Shown: positions 35,056 to 47,431 of the stretch, one piece after another
Layout of the letters: every line of letters begins with the position of its first letter
How positions within the stretch are numbered: the stretch's first letter is position 1
Sequence record: MK573636
Source of the DNA: Escherichia phage vB_EcoM_PHB13
Reading direction: 5' to 3' (one strand)
DNA length: 64,000 nt
Translations under genes and position numbers: made by a program
Notes under the pieces: generated by a model
Told to the model about the DNA's origin: nothing
Seen by the model: the letters and a program-made list of their open reading frames with translations, nothing else
The model's database searches: none

Positions 35056-36297
35056 TTAAGCGTTGTCAATCTCAAGCGGTGGCAGTTCGATTCCTAAAAT
35101 GTAGGACATTTCTGAACGTCCAGCCATTTTACCCCAATCGTCACCCTTGATGACCTGGTGTTCTTCCTGATCAACTTTTGATGTGTATGGGTTGACAGAG
35201 AGTGAATAACGATTCATAATAGCTACATGATGCTGGAAGCTATTAGGGTCAATTACGCTCTTATACGCGCCAGCGCCGTCGGCTTCTGTATATGGGGAGT
35301 AGAACAGAGAACCTACACTCTCCATATCACCGATCATGTGCTTACAACCAACGAGCATATAATCGAAAGGTGTTGTCGTGTCTGCGTACACTTCCAGACC
35401 GCAACGTAGACGACCTTCGCTTAGAGCATTGTCGGTTTCTTCCATCCAACCGGTAGATTGCAGGAGGCCAACCACGCGAGAAGACGCCAAAACGTATGTA
35501 CCAGCAAAGGAGGAAGTCCGCAACATTTGATTGCTCATCTCGCAAGCATAGCGGTAAAGTTCACGCGCTTGTGTTGGTGCATCCTGAACGCTAACGAGAG
35601 AAAGTACGCCATCAGGGGTGATCCCTTTAATTTTATAGCGAGATGATACAGTGATCAACTTCTGAATAATATCTTTGTTGATCTCTTCGGAAGCAACAGT
35701 AGCCAGAAGATCAATTACAGAGTTTTCAGAGTTGATTTGGCTTGCCTCAAGATCCTGCATTAATTCAGTGGTGAACGAGGTTTTCAGTTTACGAGAACCT
35801 ACATTAACTTGCCACTTGTCAAACTGCATAGAGGTAGACGCAATTTCGGTGTTTTTATCTTCAAAGTATTCTACCGATGCACAATCGCTATAGAAACGAA
35901 TTTTGTTTGTCATTACGCCTTTAAAGATCGCAGCTTCTGGAGTTGCGGCATCTTCACCGACTGTACCAGCGGTCACAACTTCGTATACAACATCGCCTGA
36001 TTTGAATAGTGCGCCTTCGTCATAAGATTTTTCTTTTGAAAACTCTTCAATCTCTGTGCGATCACCAACCGCTCCACCGTAGGTTGCAGCAGTTCGGAAA
36101 GTCATCTGACCATCATGATTAAGATAACGTAGGCCGTACAATGCAGATACTGGTTGATCCGTTGGTTGGATTGCTACCAGATCAGAGAAAATCAGGTTGT
36201 TTACCGCGCGAGTTAATGATAATAGTTGCGGTCGCGCTGTCTGGTTAGCTACTGAGGAAGTAGATTCCCGCAACAGTTCAGTAAAAATATGAGTCAT
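35056..36297 (-). CDS. 24: capsid vertex protein gp24
   Basis: MTHIFTELLRESTSS ... parallels T4 gp24 N-terminus; ORF track start 36345 trimmed to ATG 36297, which then lies 38 nt below the late promoter. Confidence 0.8.
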   Translation of the reverse strand: MTHIFTELLRESTSSVANQTARPQLLSLTRAVNNLIFSDLVAIQPTDQPVSALYGLRYLNHDGQMTFRTAATYGGAVGDRTEIEEFSKEKSYDEGALFKSGDVVYEVVTAGTVGEDAATPEAAIFKGVMTNKIRFYSDCASVEYFEDKNTEIASTSMQFDKWQVNVGSRKLKTSFTTELMQDLEASQINSENSVIDLLATVASEEINKDIIQKLITVSSRYKIKGITPDGVLSLVSVQDAPTQARELYRYACEMSNQMLRTSSFAGTYVLASSRVVGLLQSTGWMEETDNALSEGRLRCGLEVYADTTTPFDYMLVGCKHMIGDMESVGSLFYSPYTEADGAGAYKSVIDPNSFQHHVAIMNRYSLSVNPYTSKVDQEEHQVIKGDDWGKMAGRSEMSYILGIELPPLEIDNA

Positions 36298-36334
36298 GTT
36301 TATGAATCCTGTATTTGCCTTAATGGATATATCA

Positions 36335-36342
36335 TATTTATA
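36335..36342 (-). promoter_or_regulatory. T4-type late promoter
   Basis: Exact TATAAATA on minus strand upstream of gene 24. Confidence 0.6.
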
Positions 36343-36381
36343 CAAAAAGAAAAAGGAATCCGAAGGATTCCAAAAATAAAC

Positions 36382-36534
36382 TTACTTCTTCCTAGAAACA
36401 TTATCAACGCTACGGTTAACTTTGTTTACCATATTAATTGCATGATCAGAACGAATAATTGCATAAGCTAATGCTAACATCAATTCGTTGTATTCCTTAC
36501 GAGTCATAACATAGCTGTTTTCTTTCTTACTCAT
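36382..36534 (-). CDS. small hypothetical protein, 50 aa, between genes 23 and 24
   Basis: AAGGAGGA site then ATG; MSKKENSYVMTRKEYNELMLALAYAIIRSDHAINMVNKVNRSVDNVSRKK. Confidence 0.35.
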   Translation of the reverse strand: MSKKENSYVMTRKEYNELMLALAYAIIRSDHAINMVNKVNRSVDNVSRKK

Positions 36535-36566
36535 GCATTCCTCCTTATGGAGAATTTTGGGTTAAT

Positions 36567-36704
36567 TCAGGGAACAGCGTACCAAAACCAAAAATTATCG
36601 CTAGCGTCACGCTGGAATGCCATAACAAGGTCGACATACACCAGATCTGTATATCTACCAAATCTATCCGACCCAATATCAACATGAACGCTCATTTCAT
36701 TCAT
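36567..36704 (-). CDS. small hypothetical protein, 45 aa, between genes 23 and 24
   Basis: ORF MNEMSVHVDIGSDRFGRYTDLVYVDLVMAFQRDASDNFWFWYAVP downstream of a late promoter. Confidence 0.3.
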   Translation of the reverse strand: MNEMSVHVDIGSDRFGRYTDLVYVDLVMAFQRDASDNFWFWYAVP

Positions 36705-36896
36705 TGGTCCTTTGCCATGCAGTTACTACGAAAATTGGTGAAATTGTTTGTTGTGTTTTAATAAATCCAGCATCAAAAGCAATTACACATATCATAGCCA
36801 CCGGATTTAGGCTCGCGACCCCCGATGTTCTGCATCTTCCTGTCTTTGTTGTGTGTATCTATTTTTCGCTCCCAATAGAATATAGGCTTGCAACCT

Positions 36897-36904
36897 TATT
36901 TATA
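36897..36904 (-). promoter_or_regulatory. T4-type late promoter
   Basis: Exact TATAAATA on minus strand just downstream of the gene 23 terminator. Confidence 0.45.
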
Positions 36905-36917
36905 ACGGGATATAATA

Positions 36918-36949
36918 CGCAAAAAGGGAAGACCCTTTCGAGTCTTCCC
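36918..36949 (-). terminator. rho-independent terminator after gene 23
   Basis: GGGAAGAC-loop-GTCTTCCC hairpin followed on minus strand by TTTTTGCG. Confidence 0.65.
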
Positions 36950-37034
36950 TTTGGAATTAACACTTTACACTGTCATAAGGTTTATGATAAGTCGGGTATT
37001 GCACCCGACCGGAGTTTTTCAGGAATGGCTTATA

Positions 37035-38621
37035 TTAGCAACCTTTAACCCATACACGACGGAAGTATGCGTTTTTACCTACGCTGTCTTTGCTCAACAT
37101 ACCGGAGGTGATGCGAGCGGACGGTGCTTGGGATTTGCTGTCTGCAAACGGGTTAATGCCGATGCCATAGCGAGTCTTGAAGCCCAGAACCGGGTGGAAA
37201 GACTGCGGGTCAGTTGCACGCAGCGGAGTCAGAGCAACATACGGAGCATAGTAGATACCAGCATCCATTTCGTTGTCGCCTTTGTAACCTACGGTGAAGT
37301 AGTCTTGACGAGCATACTGGTCGATGAACACTTTGTACTTACCAGCCAGAACACCAGCGAAAACAGCTTTAGTGGTGTCGGTATTCAGACCTTTTGCAGC
37401 ACCCTGCATAGCAAGACTGATACCCTGATCAGCAGAAGCCAGAATGTTTACAACGTTACGGGAAGCGATAACAAAGTTACCCGCACCGCGACCAGTCTGA
37501 CGAGCGATTTCAGCAGCTTCTTTGTCGATCTGGTAGATCAGAGATTTGAAGGATTCACCAGCCCAACGAGCACCGCGAGTATCGATCGGGTCTTGCAGGT
37601 CAAATACACCAGCTTTAGAACCAACGGTCTGAGTCATGCCAGTCTTACCAACCTGAGCGGTAAAGTTGATGACGTCAACGATTTCACGGTTGATTTCAAG
37701 CAGAACTTCGTTAGCCAGGATAGCATTCAGTTCAGCGTCAGCATCCATACCGTGTACAGCACGCAGATCCTGCGCAACTTCGATAGAGTAACGGGCTTTC
37801 AGTTGGCGAGATTTCGCTTCAACAACCTGTTTGTCAATACGCATTGACATTTCAGCCCACGGGTTATTGCTGGAACCGTTAAAGCCTTCCTGAATTTCGG
37901 CAATGGAAGTAGCCATACCGAAAGCGATTTCAGCAAGTTTACCTTCTTCCATCAGCTTCATGACAACTTCATCATCTGACTCGCTGCCAGCTTTGGTCGG
38001 GGTTACTGCGCCAGCGGTAACGTTTTGCAGATATGCAATGCCAGTTTCTGCGAAGGTGTGGTGTACAATATCACCTGCTTCAATCTGAGTATTGATAGTT
38101 AGTTTAGCAAACGGAGTCCCGGTCGGAGAACCTACAGCTGCACCTTTAGCAGCAAGAGAGCTATGGAACGCATCAGGTGCATACATCGGATGGAATGCTT
38201 CTTTAGCCTGAGACGCCAGCGGATCAGCACCATATACAGAACGGATTGCAAAGATCTGGCTAGTCGGAGTGCTCATCGGCTGAACGCCACAAATATCAAA
38301 TGCGATCAGGTTAGGGATAGCACGGCGAACCATACCGATAACAGCCGGACCTACGTTGGTGATTGCACCGGTAGTCTGACCAGCCGCGATGTGAGATGCA
38401 TCATAACCGTGGTCGCCAGCAACTTCGGCTTCTGCGATAAAGCCACCGAATGCTTCAACAACTTTTTCATCCTTATAGATCGGGTCTACAGCAAAATCCG
38501 CTTCCTGAGATTCCAGAATTTTAGCAACCAGTTTCTGCTTAGACGCAGTTGCGATTTCCGGCAGTTTTTCGTTCTCCAGCAGCGGGGACCATTTTTCCAT
38601 CAGTTCTTTGGTAGTTTTCAT
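37035..38621 (-). CDS. 23: major capsid protein gp23
   Basis: 528 aa; GMVRRAIPNLIAFDICGVQPM, NPWAEM, YFTVGYKG and C-terminal AYFRRVWVKG match T4 gp23. Confidence 0.92.
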   Translation of the reverse strand: MKTTKELMEKWSPLLENEKLPEIATASKQKLVAKILESQEADFAVDPIYKDEKVVEAFGGFIAEAEVAGDHGYDASHIAAGQTTGAITNVGPAVIGMVRRAIPNLIAFDICGVQPMSTPTSQIFAIRSVYGADPLASQAKEAFHPMYAPDAFHSSLAAKGAAVGSPTGTPFAKLTINTQIEAGDIVHHTFAETGIAYLQNVTAGAVTPTKAGSESDDEVVMKLMEEGKLAEIAFGMATSIAEIQEGFNGSSNNPWAEMSMRIDKQVVEAKSRQLKARYSIEVAQDLRAVHGMDADAELNAILANEVLLEINREIVDVINFTAQVGKTGMTQTVGSKAGVFDLQDPIDTRGARWAGESFKSLIYQIDKEAAEIARQTGRGAGNFVIASRNVVNILASADQGISLAMQGAAKGLNTDTTKAVFAGVLAGKYKVFIDQYARQDYFTVGYKGDNEMDAGIYYAPYVALTPLRATDPQSFHPVLGFKTRYGIGINPFADSKSQAPSARITSGMLSKDSVGKNAYFRRVWVKGC

Positions 38622-38654
38622 GTTCTTTAAACCTTGTTTGTTGTTAACCTAAAG

Positions 38655-38662
38655 TATTTATA
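38655..38662 (-). promoter_or_regulatory. T4-type late promoter
   Basis: Exact TATAAATA about 34 nt upstream of gene 23 ATG. Confidence 0.65.
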
Positions 38663-38680
38663 AAGTAGATTTGAATTACA

Positions 38681-39475
38681 TTAGATGAAATTCAGGTAGC
38701 GGGATACGCCGGAATCTACAGTTGCCTTTTTATCTGATTTTTCGACATTTTCTGCAATAACATTCAGCTTGTCGGCATCAGTATTTAGTGATTCTTCAAT
38801 CTTCGCTTGTTTGTCTTCTTTCTTAGCAACCATTTCGACAATTGCAGTTAATTTCTTATCGAAAGTTTCGCTATATTCCAGACCTTCAATCAGCGCGGTT
38901 ACTTTTTCTTTCTGAGTATCGGAAAGATCACGAGTGCTTTCATTGATCGCTTGTTCGCGCTTCATGCCACGAATTTCGCTTTCAAGTTGCAGTTTGGCAT
39001 CAAAGAGTTCAGAGGTTTTTTCTTTTTCTTCTTTGAGTGCTTCGTCAAGTTCAGCAACAACGTCTACAGATTCTTCCGGTACTACAACATTGTGAGTAAC
39101 GAAAACATCTTTCAGAGAACCAATCAGGGATTCACACAGATCCGCTTTAATATTACGGGTGACGGCTTCTTTATTTTCTGCCAGCCATTTAGCGCCTAAG
39201 TGATTCAGGAATTTATCTGCATCTTCGTACAGTTTGGTTTCAATCTCGGTGCGTGCTTCTTCGACCTTTGATTCTACCAGTTCATCGGCTTTAGCGGCGA
39301 TTTTTTCAATGTGGCTTTCTGCCAGTGCAGCAGCATTAGCTTTTACCGCCTGAGCGTAGATAGTACCAAAATTTTCTTTTACTTCCGGCGACAGTTCGAC
39401 GGATTCAAACAGGTCATCGAGAGCAACGTCTACGGTGATCTGTTTTGCTTCTTCGAGCAGCATTTCTTTAAGCAT
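38681..39475 (-). CDS. 22: prohead scaffold core protein
   Basis: 264 aa, highly charged coiled-coil-like (T4 gp22 about 269); synteny 21 - 22 - 23. Confidence 0.7.
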   Translation of the reverse strand: MLKEMLLEEAKQITVDVALDDLFESVELSPEVKENFGTIYAQAVKANAAALAESHIEKIAAKADELVESKVEEARTEIETKLYEDADKFLNHLGAKWLAENKEAVTRNIKADLCESLIGSLKDVFVTHNVVVPEESVDVVAELDEALKEEKEKTSELFDAKLQLESEIRGMKREQAINESTRDLSDTQKEKVTALIEGLEYSETFDKKLTAIVEMVAKKEDKQAKIEESLNTDADKLNVIAENVEKSDKKATVDSGVSRYLNFI

Positions 39476-39506
39476 GGTTATAACCTTCTTGTTGATAACG
39501 ACGTTA

Positions 39507-40202
39507 TTATTTATAGCGTTTAGATAACGCTTCTGCGAGCGCCATAAACGCGCTATTATTCGATTCTACGATGTTTTGTTGTGAGGCTGTAGGGTTAGTC
39601 ACTTTTTCGGTTTTATCGCTTTCTGGTGCGTCTGACGCGCTAGAATCGCTATCCGTTGACTCAACCACCGGAGTTACCCACGCATCTGGTGCGCTCGGAC
39701 CCCAAACAACATCAACACCAACCGTCAACACAAAACCTTCCTGTACAATATTGTATCCGCGACCAGAGTCTTTCAACCGACCCAACCCACGGGAGGAAAC
39801 GCCAGGAATCCAGCCAGCGCGAATCAGTGCAGCAAGTTTATCACCTGCGCCTTTATCCCCTTCAATAACACGGGCTTTACCCATCACGTTATTACCTTCC
39901 CACCATAATTTTTCAATTATGATGCAAGCATTAGATGGATCTGGCATTGCTCTTGCTGGGTGATTAAGTTCGCCTAGAGCTTGATGTGTCTCAACTTGTT
40001 CATGTATGTATTTAGTAACCGCATTTTCTAGAACACTGCGAGGATACCAGCGTTTATTGCGGTTTACCGTTTCGGCTTGCAGGAAAATCCCTTGAATATA
40101 GAGATTTCCTGTAGCCTTATCATCAAATGATTCAAGCAATGACGAACTACCGCGAGCACAAGGAACGCCCCATTGTTCGATCAGTAATTCGTTCTTTTCC
40201 AT
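39507..40202 (-). CDS. 21: prohead core protease
   Basis: ALGELNHPARA ... IRAGWIPGVSSRGLG ... VWGPSAPDAWVTP match T4 gp21. Confidence 0.85.
   Translation of the reverse strand: MEKNELLIEQWGVPCARGSSSLLESFDDKATGNLYIQGIFLQAETVNRNKRWYPRSVLENAVTKYIHEQVETHQALGELNHPARAMPDPSNACIIIEKLWWEGNNVMGKARVIEGDKGAGDKLAALIRAGWIPGVSSRGLGRLKDSGRGYNIVQEGFVLTVGVDVVWGPSAPDAWVTPVVESTDSDSSASDAPESDKTEKVTNPTASQQNIVESNNSAFMALAEALSKRYK
39508..39515 (-). promoter_or_regulatory. T4-type late promoter
   Basis: Exact TATAAATA about 33 nt upstream of gene 22 ATG. Confidence 0.6.
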
Positions 40203-40213
40203 GTTGTTTCCTG

Positions 40214-40621
40214 TTATAATCCTAACGCCTTACGTTTACGCATTGCTTTTTTGCGCTTACGTTCCGCATGACGTTCGATAGATGGATTTGCACGTTTGGT
40301 TTTTGCAGCACGACGGGCAATTTGACGGCGTTTAGCTTTGCTTAGGCCAGTAGTCATGTAAGCATTACGCTCACGGGTTTTGCGATCTTTCTTACGTGCA
40401 ACTTCCCCGCGTGCGTTTACATGTTTAACCATTGCTTCATTTACAGTAATTCCGTCGATGATAGACAGCATTGCTACCGCCAGTTCAGGCTCATCCTCGG
40501 AGATACCTTCAACGATTTTCAATAGTTCTTCTGACTCAAACATAGCCAACATGTCCAATTTTTCCTGTGCTTCCGGCAGAAAAGTTTCTAAGTCAGCTTT
40601 AGGAGTAAAATCTTTAATCAT
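40214..40621 (-). CDS. 68: prohead core protein
   Basis: 135 aa with basic C-terminus (T4 gp68 about 141); synteny. Confidence 0.55.
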   Translation of the reverse strand: MIKDFTPKADLETFLPEAQEKLDMLAMFESEELLKIVEGISEDEPELAVAMLSIIDGITVNEAMVKHVNARGEVARKKDRKTRERNAYMTTGLSKAKRRQIARRAAKTKRANPSIERHAERKRKKAMRKRKALGL

Positions 40622-40633
40622 GTTGGCTTCCTA

Positions 40634-40873
40634 TTATTCGTCGTCTTCTTTATCTTTTTTATCGTCTTTGCGATCTTCGTCTTCGTCGTCCTCATAATCC
40701 ATATCTTCATCATCGCGGTCTTTTTCTTCTTCACCTTCGATCATGATACTGGATGCGATTTCGACACGCTGAGATTCGATGATCTGGGCTTTTTTAGCCT
40801 CCATGATCTTATCAAATTCTTTTTCGATCAGCGTTAGATCGCGAGTTTTAATTGCTTCGATAAATTGTTTCAT
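40634..40873 (-). CDS. 67: prohead core protein, acidic
   Basis: 79 aa with poly-acidic C-terminus (T4 gp67 about 80); synteny. Confidence 0.6.
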   Translation of the reverse strand: MKQFIEAIKTRDLTLIEKEFDKIMEAKKAQIIESQRVEIASSIMIEGEEEKDRDDEDMDYEDDEDEDRKDDKKDKEDDE

Positions 40874-42439
40874 TTAAAAATCCTCTATTTCATCGGGAGT
40901 TTGTTTAAAGCGCGGATCGTTCGCTTCTTCTTCGATCTGTTTCTTCTCGGTGTCCATCTGGTCATCGGTATATTTCAGAATGTCACGCATCACTGTCTGG
41001 TTAGAGAAATATTTACCAATGTAAGGTGTAATACGTTCGATTAGACCGATTCGACGTTCTAAAATTTCCGCGTCTTTAACTTCTGTATAGTAAGAGTCCC
41101 GATGGAAAACCACCTTGATATTATTTATTTCACGATCCCAATCGTCTTCCGTAATTACATTTTTGAGAATCAGATTATATTTCAGAGGATCGCGCAATAC
41201 TTCCGAAAACTGTGATTGCAGAGTTCTAATGAATTTCGAAAATTCCAACTCATCGCGAGTAATTTCTGAACCGTCACCACCGATCACCATATTAGCATCG
41301 GAGAGATTGCTGCGTGACAATGGCACACGCAACGCTTCATACAATTTACGGTTAAAGTAGCGAATATCATCGATATCACTCATACCGGATGCACCGGGTA
41401 AAGTAGTAACGTCGGTGATTGCTTTACCATCTCGACGCTGTAACCAGTAGTCCTCTGTCATTGATAGATTTGCTTGCTGGTTTTTAAGTTTACCAGTCGA
41501 TGCATCATAAACAACGCGGTTTTTAAAAGACTGTGCCACTGAGTTCATGTGCTGTGCAGCCTTGCGGTTGTTCATGTTTCCGGTATCAATAAAGAACACT
41601 CGGCGTTCCGGTGCACGCGTGATACGATAAACGACCATTGCGTCTTCCAACAATTTAAGCTGGTTTGCTGGCTTAACAGCCCGATGCAAATAACCAATGA
41701 TATATTTATCATCACAATCCATCAAGCCGCTGTGAGCGTATGTAATAGCACTACGAGGGATTTTAACGCGACTGTTAGGAGAGAATACTTGACCACCTGC
41801 GCAATAAGAGCTATTGCCTACAGTGTAAATGAAATATTCTTTCGTTGCTTTATAAATTTTACCTTCCGGTGTGTCTTCTGTAATGATCTCGCGAACATAT
41901 TCAAGATTACGTGGGTCAAGCTGGCGCAATTCTACGATACCATCTTTTGGATTTTTGCCGATGATTTTATGGAAGAAAATACGCGAATCGACATACCAGC
42001 GACGGAACATATCCTGACCGCGCCTATCAAACTGGATAGTGTTTAAAAGATCTTTAAATTCTTCATGAATGCGCTCTTTTACAGATTCACTAAAGCCAGT
42101 CGCCTCAAGATTTAATGAAACAACTTCATGGCCTTCTTCAAATACAATCGCATCGTTAACGATATTTTGTACAGCGTTTTCGACTTCATGGTTATTCATC
42201 AAACCGCGATATGTGTTAACTAATTGCTTAGTTGTGCTGATTTTCTGGTCGGTGCTGTAAAATTGCTGGGTAAGAGAGTTCCACGCGCTAGCAGGTAAAT
42301 TATCATTAATTTCTACTTCCGTAGCACCATCATTGTTTTTAGGTGCGGCGATAGACTCTGCTTTATCTTTAATTTGTTCTTCGTATTTGTCGTTGTCAAA
42401 ATCAGCCCAACGCGCAAGCATTTTTAATCTACTAAACAT
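40874..42439 (-). CDS. 20: portal vertex protein
   Basis: 521 aa; N-terminal LARWADFD ... TYRGLMNNHEVENAV parallels T4 gp20. Confidence 0.85.
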   Translation of the reverse strand: MFSRLKMLARWADFDNDKYEEQIKDKAESIAAPKNNDGATEVEINDNLPASAWNSLTQQFYSTDQKISTTKQLVNTYRGLMNNHEVENAVQNIVNDAIVFEEGHEVVSLNLEATGFSESVKERIHEEFKDLLNTIQFDRRGQDMFRRWYVDSRIFFHKIIGKNPKDGIVELRQLDPRNLEYVREIITEDTPEGKIYKATKEYFIYTVGNSSYCAGGQVFSPNSRVKIPRSAITYAHSGLMDCDDKYIIGYLHRAVKPANQLKLLEDAMVVYRITRAPERRVFFIDTGNMNNRKAAQHMNSVAQSFKNRVVYDASTGKLKNQQANLSMTEDYWLQRRDGKAITDVTTLPGASGMSDIDDIRYFNRKLYEALRVPLSRSNLSDANMVIGGDGSEITRDELEFSKFIRTLQSQFSEVLRDPLKYNLILKNVITEDDWDREINNIKVVFHRDSYYTEVKDAEILERRIGLIERITPYIGKYFSNQTVMRDILKYTDDQMDTEKKQIEEEANDPRFKQTPDEIEDF

Positions 42440-42497
42440 TATTCACCTCGAATTGGGAGAAATTAGGCGGGGAACTTCTCCCCGCATGATAATATAT

Positions 42498-42992
42498 TTA
42501 TTCTACCCAATCGATAGCAAAAGTAACTTCAAACGTTTCAACTTCGTTGTTTTGTTCCCAATCGAGGGTTACTTCACCAACGTTGGTCGGGAAAATACCG
42601 TACAATGTTTTTTCGCTAGTTGATTCGGTGTTACGGTTAAGTTGACGAACAATAGCTTGTTTCTTATATTGTGCAGGAGTTGCACCAGTGATCGCCGAAC
42701 CAGTGCCGTGTGTCTGATCGCTCCATGCAACGATAGCATCACGGATCTTGTGTGCGTCATCGTTGAATACAGTGATGGTCCAGTCGTCATATACACGGTC
42801 GCCAGCGATGTTAATTTTACGGTTTTGATAGCCTATAGCAATTTTTTCTACGGTAGCAGCCGGGACAGTCGCAGCCTTACACATCAGCTTAAAGTTTTGC
42901 CCCAGATACGGGATCTCAACTTCAAACAGGTTAGGACGAGCAAAATCGCCAGACTCGAAACCGCGTGTAATATCATTCAAATCGAGTGCCAT
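42498..42992 (-). CDS. 19: tail tube protein
   Basis: 164 aa; FESGDFARPNLFEVEI.YLGQNF ... KINIAGDR ... DDWT.TV.NDDAH ... NNEVETFEVTFA match T4 gp19. Confidence 0.9.
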   Translation of the reverse strand: MALDLNDITRGFESGDFARPNLFEVEIPYLGQNFKLMCKAATVPAATVEKIAIGYQNRKINIAGDRVYDDWTITVFNDDAHKIRDAIVAWSDQTHGTGSAITGATPAQYKKQAIVRQLNRNTESTSEKTLYGIFPTNVGEVTLDWEQNNEVETFEVTFAIDWVE

Positions 42993-43065
42993 AATTGATA
43001 TTCCTTAATAGAGCGGGGATTTTCTCCCCGCTTGATTTAACTTTTAATCTATGCTAATTTACTGA

Positions 43066-45066
43066 TTATGCCTGGTTAGCTGGACCGATAATTTCGTCAA
43101 AGTCAGCACCAGTTGCAACAGCAGTGAAATTGAGCATGATATAGTTGATCGATTTTGCTGGTTTGATGAACATACTAGCAACAAATTCATTACGATCAAT
43201 TACATCCGGCGTGTTATTCGTGGTGTCGCATTGTACTCGGAAGTCATAAATGCCACCCAGAGAGCGAATCGTGCTGAGATATTGCGAAACCTCCATACGG
43301 AAGGAAGCGCGAGTAAAGTTATCGTTGTTTTCAAACAGTTTGTATTTGCTTGAATCGCCGATATTCTTTTTCAGCATGTTAAACAGACGACGAACGTTAA
43401 TTCGGTCAAACGGGCTAGGAACAGTCGTAGCGGTTTTATCACCCATCAGGATAAACCCTTCACCACCAGCACCGATTACCGGGTTAATTGCGGCCTGATA
43501 CAGACGATCGCGGTGCGCCTTGCGAGGCTCAATTGCCAGTTTAACCACGTTCATGATCTGACCACGGTTATAACCTGCCGGACTCATCCACGGCTGGGAT
43601 ACAGCATCAGTACGAGCGCACAGACCAGCAATATCGGCAGCCAACGGAACCCAACGGTTTACGTCGTTGTATTTGTCATACTGATATTTGTAGTTACCAT
43701 CAATAACCGCGTAAGTGGTATTAATGTTCATGTTGTTTTCATTATAGTTTCCTGAACCTTCGCGCCATGCAATCAGGTTATCAATTGCAGTAGTCACCGG
43801 AATATTAACAACAGTGCTACGCGGCGGAGAAACCATTACTAAGCAATCCTGACGCTCATCACCGATGGAAACAGCATGTTTCTGTACGGTAGAGAACGCA
43901 TCGCCTTCGCCAGCACATGCACCAGCGATCAACAGGTTTACGTGAATAGATTCTCGTTCAGCAAACAGATCCCAACCTTGCATCATCGCACCGATGAACG
44001 GATCAGCACCAACACCAGCAGTCGTTGCTTCGTTAGCAGAAACACCACCAGCAAGAGAGATAATACCACTGAAACCATCTACCCACCCTTGAGCGGTTGC
44101 ATAGATGTACTGGCTAGAACCACGAGCAAAGAAGTCGTCCATGTAGATAGAATTGCCGTATACGTCTTTATCCCCTTTCAGAGTAGACAGTACATAGGAT
44201 TCTACCACAACACCATCGCGACGAACAATAAATGCATATTGATTATCATTCTGCGGTGCATATGGAATCAGGTTGCGTGCTGCGGTGCGCTCGCCACCAT
44301 AAGGATACATGGTCAGATCCGGTGCAGTGTTCTTAAACGCACTACGTGCCAGAATTTCCACTTCCAGCGAGTTGCCAATCTCACCAGCATAGATCGCGCT
44401 TACCGCTGGCATATCATACTTCTGGAGTTTAGTCAAGAAAGTTTGATTTGTGATATTGGCGCGGGAAGTTTCCAGATCCGTTAAGAGAAGACCGGAATCA
44501 GTGACAATTTTAGTTACTGACAGCGCCGCACTACCGTTACCTGACGAAGAAGTGAACTCTGCCGTCCAACCTCCATCAAGTTCTGGATATACACCGATTG
44601 CTTTAGCGTGAGCGATAATTTTACCAGTTGGGATAAATACGCCCTTAACTTTACCATCACCATCAACTTTAGTTACTTTACCTGCCGTTTCAATATCTTG
44701 ACGGTTATGTTTAATCTTGATGGTATCGCCTACTTCATAGTTTGAACCTTCGTTTGTGATTTCAAACTCTACGTTACCAGCTAGGGCAGTTGCGTTTTTT
44801 GCTTTTTCTTTATTGAGTACACGAACAACACGCAGGTCATTGCCATACTGGAGGAAGTTAGCCCCGCTCATGAAATAGTCTGCGGTGTTATTATCCGGCT
44901 GACCAAATTTATTAACTAATTCAACTTCATTAGTTACTTGAATAATCTGGAAAGCTGGACCCCATTGGAATTTACCTACCAGTGCCGCGCGACCAGTCGC
45001 AGATTGCACAATGGTAGTGGAGAGAGTAGTTTCTTTCGTTTCGAAACCCGGTGATAATAGAGTCAT
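43066..45066 (-). CDS. 18: tail sheath protein
   Basis: 666 aa (T4 gp18 about 659); synteny 17 - 18 - 19. Confidence 0.8.
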   Translation of the reverse strand: MTLLSPGFETKETTLSTTIVQSATGRAALVGKFQWGPAFQIIQVTNEVELVNKFGQPDNNTADYFMSGANFLQYGNDLRVVRVLNKEKAKNATALAGNVEFEITNEGSNYEVGDTIKIKHNRQDIETAGKVTKVDGDGKVKGVFIPTGKIIAHAKAIGVYPELDGGWTAEFTSSSGNGSAALSVTKIVTDSGLLLTDLETSRANITNQTFLTKLQKYDMPAVSAIYAGEIGNSLEVEILARSAFKNTAPDLTMYPYGGERTAARNLIPYAPQNDNQYAFIVRRDGVVVESYVLSTLKGDKDVYGNSIYMDDFFARGSSQYIYATAQGWVDGFSGIISLAGGVSANEATTAGVGADPFIGAMMQGWDLFAERESIHVNLLIAGACAGEGDAFSTVQKHAVSIGDERQDCLVMVSPPRSTVVNIPVTTAIDNLIAWREGSGNYNENNMNINTTYAVIDGNYKYQYDKYNDVNRWVPLAADIAGLCARTDAVSQPWMSPAGYNRGQIMNVVKLAIEPRKAHRDRLYQAAINPVIGAGGEGFILMGDKTATTVPSPFDRINVRRLFNMLKKNIGDSSKYKLFENNDNFTRASFRMEVSQYLSTIRSLGGIYDFRVQCDTTNNTPDVIDRNEFVASMFIKPAKSINYIMLNFTAVATGADFDEIIGPANQA

Positions 45067-45097
45067 TAGAATTTCCTCATCTTTTTATGCATTATCG

Positions 45098-47418
<2,321 letters not shown>

Positions 47419-47431
47419 AATAAATTACCTC

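Noticed and set aside
36704-37847. Plus-strand ORFs 36704..37048 and 36951..37847 from the ORF track
   Set aside because: They lie antisense to the major capsid gene and its terminator region, have no ribosome-binding site and have low-complexity translations.
43876-44484. Plus-strand ORF of 202 aa inside the tail sheath gene, and similar antisense ORFs (17416..18018, 30783..31205, 39571..39963, 41549..42046, 38163..38630, 13226..13537)
   Set aside because: All are antisense to well-supported conserved genes, lack start-site signals, and are the kind of open frame expected by chance in a long coding region.
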